This document shows, in pieces, positions 7,577 through 22,337 of a DNA stretch of 50,101 nt; within the stretch, counting starts at the first letter, position 1; each line of letters opens with the position of its first letter. The translations under genes and the position numbers were made by a program. The notes beneath the pieces were generated by a model. That model had not been told where the DNA came from. It ran no database searches and saw only the letters and a list, made by a program, of their open reading frames with translations. This DNA comes from a virus (lineage: Duplodnaviria; Caudoviricetes), in IMG/VR virus record IMGVR_UViG_3300033143_002021, positions 1 to 50,101 of that record; one strand, given 5' to 3'.

Positions 7577-8541
7577 AAAACACAATAATTAAGAGAGGAA
7601 ACCTTGAAATAGAGACTTTTAAAGAGAGTTCTGCTGTTCAAGTTATTTTAACTGTTAGTGGCAGTGTAATTATGCACGCCTTCTTGGAAGGTGATGCTTA
7701 TGAGTTGTGGGGAGACAAAATGGTTTATTATCCCTGGGGTATGCCTTATGAACAGAAGGTTGAACAAGTTTGTTTTAATATCCTTTTAAATCATCCTATC
7801 GCTTCTGGTTTATCCAAGGTTGAGGAAAGAATTAGTGCAGAAGATATCAGAGAAATGGTTACTGAGTTAAAAGATGACCTCTTAACTGTGCCTACTACTT
7901 ATATTATTGTGGCTGGTGGGAAATCTACTAGGTGGAAGAATTACAAGGGAATTGAAAAGCACATGATTGAGTTTGATGGTGAACCTATTATTGAAAGAAC
8001 TATTCGATTATTAAGAACTCATGGAGTTGAGGATATTGTTGTTGCATCAGATAATAGTAAGTACAAATTTAAGGGAGCAGGGTTATATAAACCCAAGTAT
8101 GACCCGAAGTATATTGATGCCAATAAATACATGGATTCCAAACCTATTTGGAACAAAGAAGGTAGAACTGTGATTCTTTTTGGGGATGTTTACTTCACTG
8201 AAAGTGCTATTTACAAGATAGTCAATGATTTTTCAAGAAGGTGGATGTTATATGGTCGTTCAGGACCAAGTAATATCGGAAAACCTTATTCTGAACCTTT
8301 TGGTATAGGTTTTTATCCCAACGAACATAAATTAATTGAGAGTGGTGCTAATAGGTCTGCCGATTTGTTTAGAAAAGAAATAGCTAATGGAACTTCACTT
8401 TGTCATTTGTATAGGTGTTTACTGGACTTCCCAGACCATTTAATCAATTCAGAACTCTTTGGTGAAAGAATGGTAATTATTGATGACTTAACAGACGATT
8501 TTGATATTCCAGAAGATTATATTAGATTTGTAAACAGATGA
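7573..8541 (+). CDS. Sugar/alcohol-phosphate nucleotidyltransferase (NTP transferase) with an unknown ~105-aa N-terminal domain
   Basis: IIVAGGKSTRW...KHMIEFDGEPIIERTIRLL; LFGDVYF; DDFDIPEDY. Confidence 0.8.
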   Translation: MKNTIIKRGNLEIETFKESSAVQVILTVSGSVIMHAFLEGDAYELWGDKMVYYPWGMPYEQKVEQVCFNILLNHPIASGLSKVEERISAEDIREMVTELKDDLLTVPTTYIIVAGGKSTRWKNYKGIEKHMIEFDGEPIIERTIRLLRTHGVEDIVVASDNSKYKFKGAGLYKPKYDPKYIDANKYMDSKPIWNKEGRTVILFGDVYFTESAIYKIVNDFSRRWMLYGRSGPSNIGKPYSEPFGIGFYPNEHKLIESGANRSADLFRKEIANGTSLCHLYRCLLDFPDHLINSELFGERMVIIDDLTDDFDIPEDYIRFVNR

Positions 8542-9224
8542 AAAACGTGAAAATTAATGGCAAGTGGGATATTTTGCTTCCTGAACACAGGGCAAACCGC
8601 AAAGAGTGGTTTTCCAAAAAGGGTTGGGAGAGAAAAAGACTGGATTCTATGTATGAAAAACTCACCAAAGATGATGTTTTGTATTATGTAGGAGTAGAGG
8701 AAGGGGAGATGCCAGCACTTTGTATGCTTTGGGGAGTTAAAAATGTGGTACTTTTTGAACCTAACAAACTCGTCTGGTCGAATGTAAGAGCCGTTTGGGA
8801 AGGAAATGACCTAGATGTACCTTTTTCCTTTGTTGGTTTTGCTAGTAACAAAGATACTAAGGGTGCAAGATTACTTGAGGGTTTTCCAGAATGTTCTAAT
8901 AAGGAAATTATTACAAATCATGGTTTTAAGGAATTGAAAGATCCTGGTGATATACCTCAAATCAGAATTGACACTGTGCAATCATTACATATCCCCCCGA
9001 CTGCTATTTCTTTGGATGTAGAAGGTTCTGAGTGGGAAGTATTAAAAGGTGCGGAACAGACTTTGAGAAAATATCATCCTAAGATTTGGCTTTCACTTCA
9101 TCCAGAGTTTCTCTTTGATCAATATGGGAAGTATTCTTACGAGGTCAGAAGGTGGATTCAAAAGATTGGTTACAAGGAAACTCTTTTGGATTATCAACAC
9201 GAAGCTCATTTTTTGTATGAATAG
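8538..9224 (+). CDS. FkbM-family methyltransferase
   Basis: YVGVEEGE, LFEPN, SLDVEGSEWEVLKGA. Confidence 0.85.
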   Translation: MKNVKINGKWDILLPEHRANRKEWFSKKGWERKRLDSMYEKLTKDDVLYYVGVEEGEMPALCMLWGVKNVVLFEPNKLVWSNVRAVWEGNDLDVPFSFVGFASNKDTKGARLLEGFPECSNKEIITNHGFKELKDPGDIPQIRIDTVQSLHIPPTAISLDVEGSEWEVLKGAEQTLRKYHPKIWLSLHPEFLFDQYGKYSYEVRRWIQKIGYKETLLDYQHEAHFLYE

Positions 9225-9759
9225 ACTAACAAAAGAAAAAAACTATTGGAACAAAGCCAGTAAAGATCCCAAAGTAGATATAAAGTATATTTCTGATATC
9301 GGCAAAGCACCCTTTTTAGACCTTCTTGGTAAGGAACTAAAAAAAGGCAAAACCCTTGAAATAGGTTGTGGAGTTGGTCGTTTAATGCAAGATGGTTATT
9401 GTGGGATAGATATTTCTGAAGGAATGTTGGAGATTGCTAAAAAGAGGAAGCCAAAGTGTCATTTTAAGTTGTCTGATGGTAGGAGTATCCCCTACAAAGA
9501 CGAAACCTTTGACAGTGTTTATTGTGTATTAGTTTTTCAACACATTCCTTTTGATGCAGTACAATTCTATATTGACGAAGCAAGCAGGGTTCTTAAAAAG
9601 GATGGTGTGTTTATTTTCCAGATGATACATGGTGACGAAGATGAACCTTTTTCTAAACATCACAGAGTCGGTAAACTGAATATCGCTAAATTCAGCAAAG
9701 ATCGTGCCTTACATGGACTTATTCACCCACAATGGACTTGGATTAAACTAACTAAATGA
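9217..9759 (+). CDS. Class I SAM-dependent methyltransferase
   Basis: LEIGCGVGRL, GIDISEGML, FDSVY..VFQH, RVLKKDG; ATG at 9217. Confidence 0.9.
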   Translation: MNRLTKEKNYWNKASKDPKVDIKYISDIGKAPFLDLLGKELKKGKTLEIGCGVGRLMQDGYCGIDISEGMLEIAKKRKPKCHFKLSDGRSIPYKDETFDSVYCVLVFQHIPFDAVQFYIDEASRVLKKDGVFIFQMIHGDEDEPFSKHHRVGKLNIAKFSKDRALHGLIHPQWTWIKLTK

Positions 9760-11285
9760 AAATAAACTATTTAACAGTAAAAGTAGGTGTTGCTCCAGAT
9801 TCCTATTGGGACCAGACTTTTATTAAAGATTTGCTTGAGGACTTACCAGAAGGCGATAGGAAGGTCTTTCTAGTCCCTGGTGCTTATCAGGGTGATGTAA
9901 TAGACAAAATTAACAAAGAACTTCAGAAACATGAAAAAGTAATGGTTTTCATAACCTCGGATGAGGAAGGTAAATTTGATTGCTCAAAACTAGAACATCC
10001 AGACATGATTCATTATTGTCAGTATGGGCATTGTGAGAACTTAATACCTCTTGGTTATACTCCACATACTAAAAAGGCTAAGTATGCTCCAAAAGTGTAT
10101 GACTGGTTTTTTGCAGGTCAGATTAATCATACCAGGCGTGAAAAGATGGGTAAGGTTTTAGAAAAACTATTGGCACGAAAAGCCACAGTTGGTTTATATG
10201 TTCCGACTGATGGATTTGCTAAGGGACTTTCTCCAGAAAGATATATTGAGGCTATGGCTGGTTCTAAGGTTGTTCTTTGTCCGTCTGGTAATGTTTCTCA
10301 TAGTAGTTTCCGTGTATATGAGGCTCTTGAGTGTGGAGCAGTACCTATTGTTGATGAGTTTAATGTTGCAGGTGAAACAGGATATTGGCAAAAGATGTTT
10401 TCTGATGCTCCATTTCCAATATTAACCTCTTATGACGAACTTCCCTATTTAATTGAAAAATACAAAGACAAAGGTCCCGAAGTTTATGCTTGGTGGATTT
10501 CCAAAAAACAAGAGATTAAAGAGAAACTTGCTATTCAATTAGGATGTCCGGTGGATGCTACAACTGCTGTAGTTGTTACTTCTCCAATTAAGTCTCACCC
10601 TGATACTGGAATGATGTGTGAGGCACTCAATAGTGTTAAACATCACCTCGATTGTAAGATAGTGATAGGGTTTGATGGGGTTAGAGATGAACAGAAAGAC
10701 TTTTCTGAAAGATATAGTGAGTATATAAATCGGATGTTGTGGATGTGTAACTTCAAATACTCAAAAACAGTTCCAGTTTTGTTTAAAAAACACAAACATC
10801 AGTCAGGAATGATGAAAAAGATAATGCCAATGATTAAAACTCCTCTTTTGTTGTTTGTTGAGCATGACACTCCTTTGGTTGTGGATGAACCGATAGACTT
10901 TCCATATTTACAGAGAACTTTACTTACAGGTCATTCCTTTCTTATAAGGTTTCATTTTGAGGCTAGTATTCCAAAAGAACATGAATATATGATAATAGGC
11001 AAGGTAGAAAACCGATTGTTAAAAACCTACCAGTGGTCACAAAGACCGCACTTGGCTAGAACAGACTTTTACACAGAAGTAATCAAGTTCTTTTCAGAGG
11101 ACAGTAATTGTTTCATAGAAGATTTGATTCATGGTAAAGTTATTGATGCCTGGATGGCTGATGAAATGAAAGGTTGGGATAAGTGGCGTATGCACATTTA
11201 TATCCCAGGAGAAAACATAAAGAGATCCTTAAACTTAGATGGGAGAGGCTCTGATTACAAATATGAAAAAGAACAAAAGTGGTAA
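9756..11285 (+). CDS. Bifunctional glycosyltransferase: exostosin/GT47-like N-terminus plus GT-A-like C-terminus
   Basis: FFAGQ...R, SKVVLCPSG....SFRVYEALECGAVPIV; C-terminal IGFDG and FVEHD. Confidence 0.72.
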   Translation: MKINYLTVKVGVAPDSYWDQTFIKDLLEDLPEGDRKVFLVPGAYQGDVIDKINKELQKHEKVMVFITSDEEGKFDCSKLEHPDMIHYCQYGHCENLIPLGYTPHTKKAKYAPKVYDWFFAGQINHTRREKMGKVLEKLLARKATVGLYVPTDGFAKGLSPERYIEAMAGSKVVLCPSGNVSHSSFRVYEALECGAVPIVDEFNVAGETGYWQKMFSDAPFPILTSYDELPYLIEKYKDKGPEVYAWWISKKQEIKEKLAIQLGCPVDATTAVVVTSPIKSHPDTGMMCEALNSVKHHLDCKIVIGFDGVRDEQKDFSERYSEYINRMLWMCNFKYSKTVPVLFKKHKHQSGMMKKIMPMIKTPLLLFVEHDTPLVVDEPIDFPYLQRTLLTGHSFLIRFHFEASIPKEHEYMIIGKVENRLLKTYQWSQRPHLARTDFYTEVIKFFSEDSNCFIEDLIHGKVIDAWMADEMKGWDKWRMHIYIPGENIKRSLNLDGRGSDYKYEKEQKW

Positions 11286-12330
11286 AATAGGTTTAATAGC
11301 TTTTGCTAATTCTTCTGGTCTTGGCGCTCAAACTAGGAGGTTGGCACAACTGATACAACCAGATAGGATTTTGGTTGTTAATTCCTCTGGGTTTTCCCAA
11401 AACAAGAAACAGAACTTTGATTGGTACAAGGATTTTGAGTTCTTTGTTTCTAACGGGTTTCCTTCAGATAAGGATGTTCTCGCTTTTATGCAGAACCTTA
11501 CACACATCTTTACTTGCGAGAATCCTTATAACTTCAACATGATTCACTGGGCTAGGCAAAAGGGAATTAAGACTTATTGTCAGTCTAACTATGAATTTTG
11601 TGAAAACCTGGGTAAACATTACCTTCCTGCTCCAGATGTATTCTTAATGCCTTCTTATTGGAAAATTAAAGAGATGGAAGAAAAGTTCGGTAAGGATTCT
11701 GTTGCTTATCTTCCCCCTCCAATAAACCCCGATGAGTTTGAGATTCCAAGGAAAATTAACATGAAAAGGAAAGGGAAGCCAAGATTCCTACATATTATTG
11801 GAACTTTGGTCACTGAGGACAGAAATGGAACCCTGGATTTACTAGAAGCTGTTAAATTGTCTAAAGAAGATTTTGAGTTGGTTATCCACACCCAACATCC
11901 ACTTCCGATGACTTACTTTTTAGATGACAAGAGAGTGAAATACAGAATAGAGGATTTTGTAAACAACTATGAGCTGTATAAGAATTTTGATGCTCTTATT
12001 TTACCCAGGAGGTTTGGTGGATTGTCTTTGACCACAAATGAAGCCCTGATGAGTGGCTTGCCGGTTTTTATGACTGATATCTCACCTAATAATAAGTTGC
12101 TTCCCAAAGACTGGCTTATTAGGTCGGAGAAGAAAGGTTCTTTCATGGCTAGAAGTAAAATTGACTTGTATTCCATTGATGTTAAAAGATTGGCAGAGAA
12201 AATTGACTGGCTGGCTTCTATTGGACCTTTAACTAAGTTGTTAAAAGAAAAGGCTTTCAAACTCGGCAAGAAGAACTTTAGTGGTGAGATATTAAGACCA
12301 AAATATGAAAAACTATTTAAACCTTTTTAA
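11263..12330 (+). CDS. GT4-family glycosyltransferase
   Basis: SGLGAQTRRL, RNGT, LPRRFGGLSLTTNEALMSGLPVFMTD. Confidence 0.85.
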   Translation: MKKNKSGKIGLIAFANSSGLGAQTRRLAQLIQPDRILVVNSSGFSQNKKQNFDWYKDFEFFVSNGFPSDKDVLAFMQNLTHIFTCENPYNFNMIHWARQKGIKTYCQSNYEFCENLGKHYLPAPDVFLMPSYWKIKEMEEKFGKDSVAYLPPPINPDEFEIPRKINMKRKGKPRFLHIIGTLVTEDRNGTLDLLEAVKLSKEDFELVIHTQHPLPMTYFLDDKRVKYRIEDFVNNYELYKNFDALILPRRFGGLSLTTNEALMSGLPVFMTDISPNNKLLPKDWLIRSEKKGSFMARSKIDLYSIDVKRLAEKIDWLASIGPLTKLLKEKAFKLGKKNFSGEILRPKYEKLFKPF

Positions 12331-12511
12331 CCATAGGAAGCCCACTGTGGGTTTCAAAAACTTTGTATTTAAGAGGCAAATCGCCTTTGTAGTAGTCATC
12401 TTTAATTTCTTTGCTAAAGTAGTAAGAAATAGCCTCAATTTTGTTTCTAGGAAGAATTACTTTTCTGGTGTGAAGATACCACTTCGTTCCATTTTTAGAA
12501 GAAAAAACCAT
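12317..12511 (-). CDS. Small conserved hypothetical protein (inserted moron)
   Basis: SKNGTKWYLH...YYFSKE...LPLKYKVFETHSGLPMVKK; own TGcTATATT promoter 6 nt upstream. Confidence 0.75.
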   Translation of the reverse strand: MVFSSKNGTKWYLHTRKVILPRNKIEAISYYFSKEIKDDYYKGDLPLKYKVFETHSGLPMVKKV

Positions 12512-12540
12512 ATTTAAAATATAGCACGCAATTAGAAATT

Positions 12541-14094
12541 ATGCAAAACCTGTCTGAAGCAGAAGTCAAAAGGGTTCAAGCTACCCTGGAGGGAATGAAG
12601 GAAAAGGCTTCTGAAGATCCCATCTATTTTATTGACACTTTTTGTTATACCTTTAATCCAAAACTTCCAAAAGGACAAAGTCCTCATTTAAGATTTAAAC
12701 TATTCCCCTTTCAAAAAAGACTTGTAAGAGACATTTTAAAAAGTATCAGAGATGGTGAGGATTTGTTTATTGAAAAGTCTAGGGAGGTTGGAGCAACCTA
12801 TACGATATTGGCTACCATTCTTTGGATGTGGAGATACGAACCAGGTTCTAACGTCTTAGTTGGTTCTCGTAAAGAGGATTATGTTGACAACAGGCGTGGT
12901 GGAACAACTGGAAACAAAGAAGAATCTTTGTTTGGAAAACTTGACTATATGCTTTCCAGGCTTCCTGATTTTATGCTTCCTAAAGGTTTTGACAGAAATA
13001 GGCATTTTACTTATATGTCTTTAATCAATCCTGAAAATGGGAATGTTGTTTCCGGTGAATCTGCTAACCAAAACTTCTCAAGAGGTTCTAGGCATAGAAT
13101 GATCTTTTTAGATGAGTTTGCCTTCTGGGACCATGGAATTGCAGTTTGGGGAGCAACTGCTGATACTACTAATTGTCGAATTATTGCCACAACTCCAGGG
13201 GACAGACCTTCTAAGGCTAAAAGACTCCGTTTTGGTAAAGATGGTGAGAAAATTAAAGTTGTAACTCTTACTTACAACCAAGACCCAAGAAAAACAAAAA
13301 AGTGGTTAGAAACTCAAAGAGACAGACGTTCAAGTGAGGACTTCAATCGTGAGATCATGATTAATTGGGAAACCTCTATTACAGGTAGGGTTTATCCTGA
13401 AATGGAGAGTGCCGCTTTTGGTGAGTTCCCATTCCTTGTAAACAAACAGCTTTATTGTAGTTGGGATTTTGGTTTGGATGGTACAGCCTTGATTTTCTGG
13501 CAACAAAACCCTGCTAATGGTAAATGGCGAATTGTTGACTGTTTTGAGTCACAAGACAAGGTTATTCAGTGGTATTACCCTCTTTTTGGAAAACCGATGG
13601 ATTCTAAGTTCCAATATACCGATGATGACATAAAGGCAGTAACAGATATCGCACAATACCCTCCGGCTATTCACTTTGGAGATCCTGATGTAAACAAAAG
13701 AAGTTACTTAGTAAAAGATACAACTACTAGACAGGAACTAGAAAAGGTTGGGGTTTTTGTCCAGTCAATTCCTAAAAATGACTTTACTACTCGCAGGGAG
13801 AAAACAAAGATTGCTTTGCAAAAAGGAATTGAGGTAGATATAAGTGCCAGAACAGAGTATTTAATGGAGTGTTTAAAGTCTGCTCGTTATCCTCAAAGAG
13901 AGGAAACCTCACAGTCTACTCAACCTGTTTCATTGCCAATTCATGATTGGACATCTCATTTTAGAACCTCTATGGAGTATTTTTTCACCAACATCGACAT
14001 TTGGAGTACAAAACCCAAAGATGCTCCTAAATGGGCAGACCAAACAAAAAGTTGGCTTACTAATAGAATGAGGATGAAATCAAGAAGGGGGTGA
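12541..14094 (+). CDS. terL: Terminase large subunit
   Basis: LFPFQ adenine motif, EKSREVGAT Walker A, IFLDEFAF Walker B, ATTP, RNase H-like SWDFGLD...HDWTSH. Confidence 0.92.
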   Translation: MQNLSEAEVKRVQATLEGMKEKASEDPIYFIDTFCYTFNPKLPKGQSPHLRFKLFPFQKRLVRDILKSIRDGEDLFIEKSREVGATYTILATILWMWRYEPGSNVLVGSRKEDYVDNRRGGTTGNKEESLFGKLDYMLSRLPDFMLPKGFDRNRHFTYMSLINPENGNVVSGESANQNFSRGSRHRMIFLDEFAFWDHGIAVWGATADTTNCRIIATTPGDRPSKAKRLRFGKDGEKIKVVTLTYNQDPRKTKKWLETQRDRRSSEDFNREIMINWETSITGRVYPEMESAAFGEFPFLVNKQLYCSWDFGLDGTALIFWQQNPANGKWRIVDCFESQDKVIQWYYPLFGKPMDSKFQYTDDDIKAVTDIAQYPPAIHFGDPDVNKRSYLVKDTTTRQELEKVGVFVQSIPKNDFTTRREKTKIALQKGIEVDISARTEYLMECLKSARYPQREETSQSTQPVSLPIHDWTSHFRTSMEYFFTNIDIWSTKPKDAPKWADQTKSWLTNRMRMKSRRG

Positions 14095-14099
14095 TATGA

Positions 14100-14252
14100 A
14101 TGTTTAATGAAATGCTAATAAGAGAGCAATTTCGTGAGTTAGTAATAAACACGAAAAATATTTTAACCTATATGCAGGAGTCAAAAGAAGAAACACAAAA
14201 GTTGAAAAAGGAAATCAAGTTACTTAAAGAAATGGTTAAAAAGAAGAAATGA
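14100..14252 (+). CDS. 50-aa coiled-coil protein
   Basis: Manual translation MFNEMLIREQF...LKEMVKKKK*; GGGGTGA RBS; ATGA overlap. Confidence 0.6.
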   Translation: MFNEMLIREQFRELVINTKNILTYMQESKEETQKLKKEIKLLKEMVKKKK

Positions 14253-14908
14253 AAGCACCTAAAATAGATTGTTCTGTAATAGTTACTTGTTATCAGAAAG
14301 AAGAATATCTCAATGAGTGTCTTGAGTCTGTTAAAAGACAAACTAGACAACCAAAAGAGACTATTCTGGTTCATGATGCTTGTGATAATCCAATGGCTCA
14401 TGCCATAGCAACAACCATTATTCTTCCTGAGAATGTTGGTGTTTGTAAGGCGAGGGATATTGGGTTTAATTACTCTACTGGAAGTTTGATTCTCTTTTTA
14501 GATGCAGATGACGTTCTATCTCCTGATTACCTGGAGAAAATGGCTCTGGTGATTGCTAAAGGAGCAGATGTCGCTTATCCAGACTTGTTTGTGTGGCAAG
14601 AGGGTAATTCCTACTTATCAGTTCCTCCTAACACTATGACTAAAAAATACATTACTAGAAAATCTAAAATGCCTATACCAGTGACTTCCATGATGAAAAG
14701 AGAAGTTTATGAAAAACTTGGTGGGTTTAGGGAAATGCCTGTTTTGGAAGATTTAGACTTCTTCATAAGAGCCATGTGTAAGAATTACACAATCAAAAAG
14801 GCTCAAACCCTTTTGTGGTACAGGAGATATCCAGGAACTAGAAATTCATTAAGCATTGAAGAAAGAAAGGGGGTGTTGGCTAAGATACTTGCCCAGATAA
14901 ATGCCTAG
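14249..14908 (+). CDS. GT2-family glycosyltransferase
   Basis: SVIVTCYQ..EYLNECLESV..QT, NVGVCKARD, FLDADD, EDLDF. Confidence 0.93.
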   Translation: MKAPKIDCSVIVTCYQKEEYLNECLESVKRQTRQPKETILVHDACDNPMAHAIATTIILPENVGVCKARDIGFNYSTGSLILFLDADDVLSPDYLEKMALVIAKGADVAYPDLFVWQEGNSYLSVPPNTMTKKYITRKSKMPIPVTSMMKREVYEKLGGFREMPVLEDLDFFIRAMCKNYTIKKAQTLLWYRRYPGTRNSLSIEERKGVLAKILAQINA

Positions 14909-15227
14909 ATTAGTTTTCATACCAAAGGCATATCCAATGTCGAGTTATGACCATGCAGACGGACACGCAGAGGAGTTTTCCAGTAACAAGTTTGAAGAAA
15001 GTATGTATTCTCGTATAAACACAGAAATGTTGGTTTTAGATTTATTGGTGAAGCTAAAAGATAGACACAAGATAGTCTTTACATATCTTTTATTAAAAGA
15101 TTCTGGTTATAAAATAACACATGGAGATTGTGCCAAAACAATGTCAATATCGAGACAAGCCTATATGAAATTGGTTAAAACAGTTAGAATAAAGGCGAAG
15201 AAAATACTACAAGGGAAGGGATTGTAG
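14901..15227 (+). CDS. Sigma70 region-4-like HTH protein, probable late-gene regulator
   Basis: LKDRHKIVF...THGDCAKTMSISRQAYMKLV..VRIKAKKIL resembles a sigma4 HTH; abuts the portal promoter. Confidence 0.62.
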   Translation: MPRLVFIPKAYPMSSYDHADGHAEEFSSNKFEESMYSRINTEMLVLDLLVKLKDRHKIVFTYLLLKDSGYKITHGDCAKTMSISRQAYMKLVKTVRIKAKKILQGKGL

Positions 15228-15239
15228 GTTATACTTAAA
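15207..15239 (+). promoter_or_regulatory. Late promoter CTACAA-N17-TATACTTAAA (portal)
   Basis: Near-identical to 30594-30626. Confidence 0.75.
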
Positions 15240-15243
15240 ATAT

Positions 15244-17217
15244 ATGTCGATGCCAACTAGCAAGAAAGAAAAATATGCGGAGATTGTATATAATCGTTAT
15301 ACAAAAGCCAAAGAGTTGTGCGAAAATGTATTCTCCAGGGTAGAAGTCAATCGCAACTTGTATAAGGGTGTCCTCAACTTAGATGACACTTATGAATGGG
15401 ACTATTCGTTAGTTGACCAACAAGTCTTTCCTCTTATCAGAAACTACATAGCCAGGTCCAATCCTTCAATGACCAAAGTTAGGCTTGAGGCAAGAAAAGA
15501 GGAAGATTTTGAAAGAAGGCAAGTAAATCAGGATTTTGTTAATTGGGAAATCAATGAATTACCTCTGACTTCACTTCTTACAAGAGGTTTTTTCTCCAAC
15601 TATATTGCTGGTAAGGCTTACTACAAAACTGGCTGGAAGTATGATCCCAGAGTTGTGGTTGAAAATGATGAGTATTCCTATCAGATGCGACCTCTTATCA
15701 ATCGTGGGGATTTAGAATTTATTAGGTTTAATAATCTTTTGATTCCTAATAGAAACATCCAAGATTTACAAGAACAGCCTTACATTATCGAACTCATGCA
15801 ACTTCGTATTGGAGACATGATTAAAGACAATGAAACTTTCGGTTATGAGTATTGGGATAAGAAATTTATAGCAAAACTTAAAAAGGGTGGAGTTAGTAGT
15901 AAAGAGTTGGATTATGAAGCAGATTTCGTAAAAGACACTGACACCAAGGATAGAATGGCTTTTATGGCGGCAACTTTTCCTGCGGCACGGATGCAAACAC
16001 TTGAGGGAGATGTAATCTATATTCCCTTAATTAAACACGACAGGCAGGTTTTAAATCTAAACATGGAGAATGAATACTGGCATGGTCATTATCCTTATAT
16101 AGACATGACTGCCTTTCCTGAAGATGATGAGTTTTTCTCAATGAGTGTTGTTGATGCTGTAGGAGATACTCAAATCGCCTCTACTGAAGTTTTAAACCAG
16201 ACACTAACAAACATCCGTCAGGTAAACAACAATATGTGGATAGCCGGTACTTCGGCAGCTTCTACCCCTGATTATATGTTCCAGCAAAGACCTTCAGGGA
16301 TTATTAGAGTTCCAGGTGATCCAAACCAAATTCAACCAATAAGACCGATTGACTCTACAAGGTCAATGTTGGCGGTTGGACAGGAACTAAATACTAAGTT
16401 TGAAAGAACTGGTGGAATCTCATCACTTTATTCATCTGGTTCTGCTTCTACTAAGGCAATCAATCAAACTGCTAGAGGAGCGCAAATAATTGATGAGAAC
16501 ATAGAAACTAATGTGAAAATGATTCTCGACCTCTTTGGTGAGCAAGTGTTGAAGAAACTTGGGAATCACTTTATTGAACTTAATGCTCAATATGTATCAG
16601 AAGAACAAACTTTCGCTGTTACTGGTAAAAAGGGTGTAAGAGAACTTGTTACAATTTCTCCAGATGAAATAAGTGCAAACTTTGATGTTTACACAATGTC
16701 TGAGGAAATGATTAAACAGACTCCTGCTTCGAGGCAAGCCTCTTTACAAAATCTTATTACCCTTATAAATACGGAGGCTAGTCGGGCAGGAGTACAAGCT
16801 GATATAACACCACTAATGGAAGCCTTAATTGATTCCTACCCAGATATGGAAAATATAGACGATATTATTGTGTCACTTGATGAAAAATCTCAAAGAGATA
16901 TTGCTATGATGGAAAGAGGGCAAGAACCAGAGATACTACTTCGTGACCCACATCTTGAACTTGTAATGGCGGCTTCAATCAGATTTGAAGATTTCCAGAC
17001 CTTATATCCTCCAGAGATAATTCAGTTGTTTGAGAAATACACAGAAAAACACTTAAGGTATATTCAAGCTGAACAGGAAGCTAAGATGATGGCACAACCT
17101 CAAATGCCACAAGCCATGTCTCCAGAAGCTATGGCACAATCGGCAGGTGCAGGAACTATTCCAGAAGCTACAGGAACCGGACAGCGAAGTGGTTATAATT
17201 TAAGCCAGATCAAGTAA
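15244..17217 (+). CDS. Portal protein (P22/SU10-like)
   Basis: 657 aa after TerL; YWHGHYPYI, FFSMSVVD, NQTARGAQI, Q/M/P-rich tail. Confidence 0.85.
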   Translation: MSMPTSKKEKYAEIVYNRYTKAKELCENVFSRVEVNRNLYKGVLNLDDTYEWDYSLVDQQVFPLIRNYIARSNPSMTKVRLEARKEEDFERRQVNQDFVNWEINELPLTSLLTRGFFSNYIAGKAYYKTGWKYDPRVVVENDEYSYQMRPLINRGDLEFIRFNNLLIPNRNIQDLQEQPYIIELMQLRIGDMIKDNETFGYEYWDKKFIAKLKKGGVSSKELDYEADFVKDTDTKDRMAFMAATFPAARMQTLEGDVIYIPLIKHDRQVLNLNMENEYWHGHYPYIDMTAFPEDDEFFSMSVVDAVGDTQIASTEVLNQTLTNIRQVNNNMWIAGTSAASTPDYMFQQRPSGIIRVPGDPNQIQPIRPIDSTRSMLAVGQELNTKFERTGGISSLYSSGSASTKAINQTARGAQIIDENIETNVKMILDLFGEQVLKKLGNHFIELNAQYVSEEQTFAVTGKKGVRELVTISPDEISANFDVYTMSEEMIKQTPASRQASLQNLITLINTEASRAGVQADITPLMEALIDSYPDMENIDDIIVSLDEKSQRDIAMMERGQEPEILLRDPHLELVMAASIRFEDFQTLYPPEIIQLFEKYTEKHLRYIQAEQEAKMMAQPQMPQAMSPEAMAQSAGAGTIPEATGTGQRSGYNLSQIK

Positions 17218-17223
17218 TGTCAA

Positions 17224-18183
17224 ATGTACGAAACGATTACAAAGCTAGCAAACGAATTTATTAAAAGTATCCAGAATACTGGTGTTTTTGTTGTCAAGTC
17301 GGCTAACAAAAAAGCTGATGAATTAAAGAAGATACTCTCCTCAAACACCTTCTCGGTTATGGTTAAGAATCCTCAGAAAAAGGTTGATGTCAAAGGAACT
17401 GTTGTTGTTGGTAATCAATCTAAGCTAGAAAAGAAAATAGACAAGCTCGAAAAGGCAATCTCTAAGATAAGTGATATTCTTCCCTCCTTAAAAGAAGTTG
17501 AAATTACTAATCATAAGAGTTTCCCCAAGAGTGTAAAGGTTTCTAATTTATCCGATAAGACAAGGGTTCAGAATCTTAATGTTGTTGTAGATGCTTTAGA
17601 TGAGGTTAAAAAGGTTGTCTCCAAGTTAAAACTTGACCCTCAAATTAAGGTTTCTGCTCCTAAAATTCCTGCTCCTGTTGTCAAGATAGCAAAACAACCT
17701 GCTCCTGTTGTAAAAATACAGGAAAAAGAGGTCGATTTGTCGGCATTAAATGATTTAACAGACTTTTGGCAATCCCTCACAAAGTCTGCTAAGAAGTCTA
17801 TCTCAGTAAGACTGTCCGATGGAAAGAAGTTTTATAAGGCTATGGATAAAATGATTGAGGTTGCCACAGCTAATAATTCAAGTCACTTCCGATACTATAC
17901 TGGTGGTGAAGCAAGACCTATCGTAAACAAGAATGACGAATTACAAGTAACAGTAAATGATACATGGGAAGTTAATGACACTCAGCGAGTTTCAAATGTT
18001 TTGACCTACTTTGGGGAAGAAAGTGTTGATGAGAAATGGAGAGTTAGGAAAGTGACTAAGTCGGGAACACTTACTGCTATAAGACACGCCACTATTAAGA
18101 ATAATTCTAGTATCGAGGGTTATGATGAGGCTTGGGTTGAAAGAACATCTTTAGAATATGGATTAGTAAGGGAGGCTTTGTAA
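17224..18183 (+). CDS. Hypothetical virion-associated protein (K/V/P-rich stalk)
   Basis: 319-aa ORF with PAPVVKI repeats; [12 protein letters not shown]. Confidence 0.7.
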   Translation: MYETITKLANEFIKSIQNTGVFVVKSANKKADELKKILSSNTFSVMVKNPQKKVDVKGTVVVGNQSKLEKKIDKLEKAISKISDILPSLKEVEITNHKSFPKSVKVSNLSDKTRVQNLNVVVDALDEVKKVVSKLKLDPQIKVSAPKIPAPVVKIAKQPAPVVKIQEKEVDLSALNDLTDFWQSLTKSAKKSISVRLSDGKKFYKAMDKMIEVATANNSSHFRYYTGGEARPIVNKNDELQVTVNDTWEVNDTQRVSNVLTYFGEESVDEKWRVRKVTKSGTLTAIRHATIKNNSSIEGYDEAWVERTSLEYGLVREAL

Positions 18184-18184
18184 A

Positions 18185-22336
<4,152 letters not shown>

Positions 22337-22337
22337 T

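Noticed and set aside
5979-14908. Glycosyl- and methyltransferases as a DNA hypermodification system
   Set aside because: No base hydroxymethylase, TET/JBP enzyme, nucleotide kinase or phage polymerase is seen; the families are polysaccharide-type and sit among virion genes. Disfavoured but not excluded
17194-17199. TATAAT near the end of the portal gene as another late promoter
   Set aside because: No TTACA or TTGACA at the correct spacing; may be chance in AT-rich DNA
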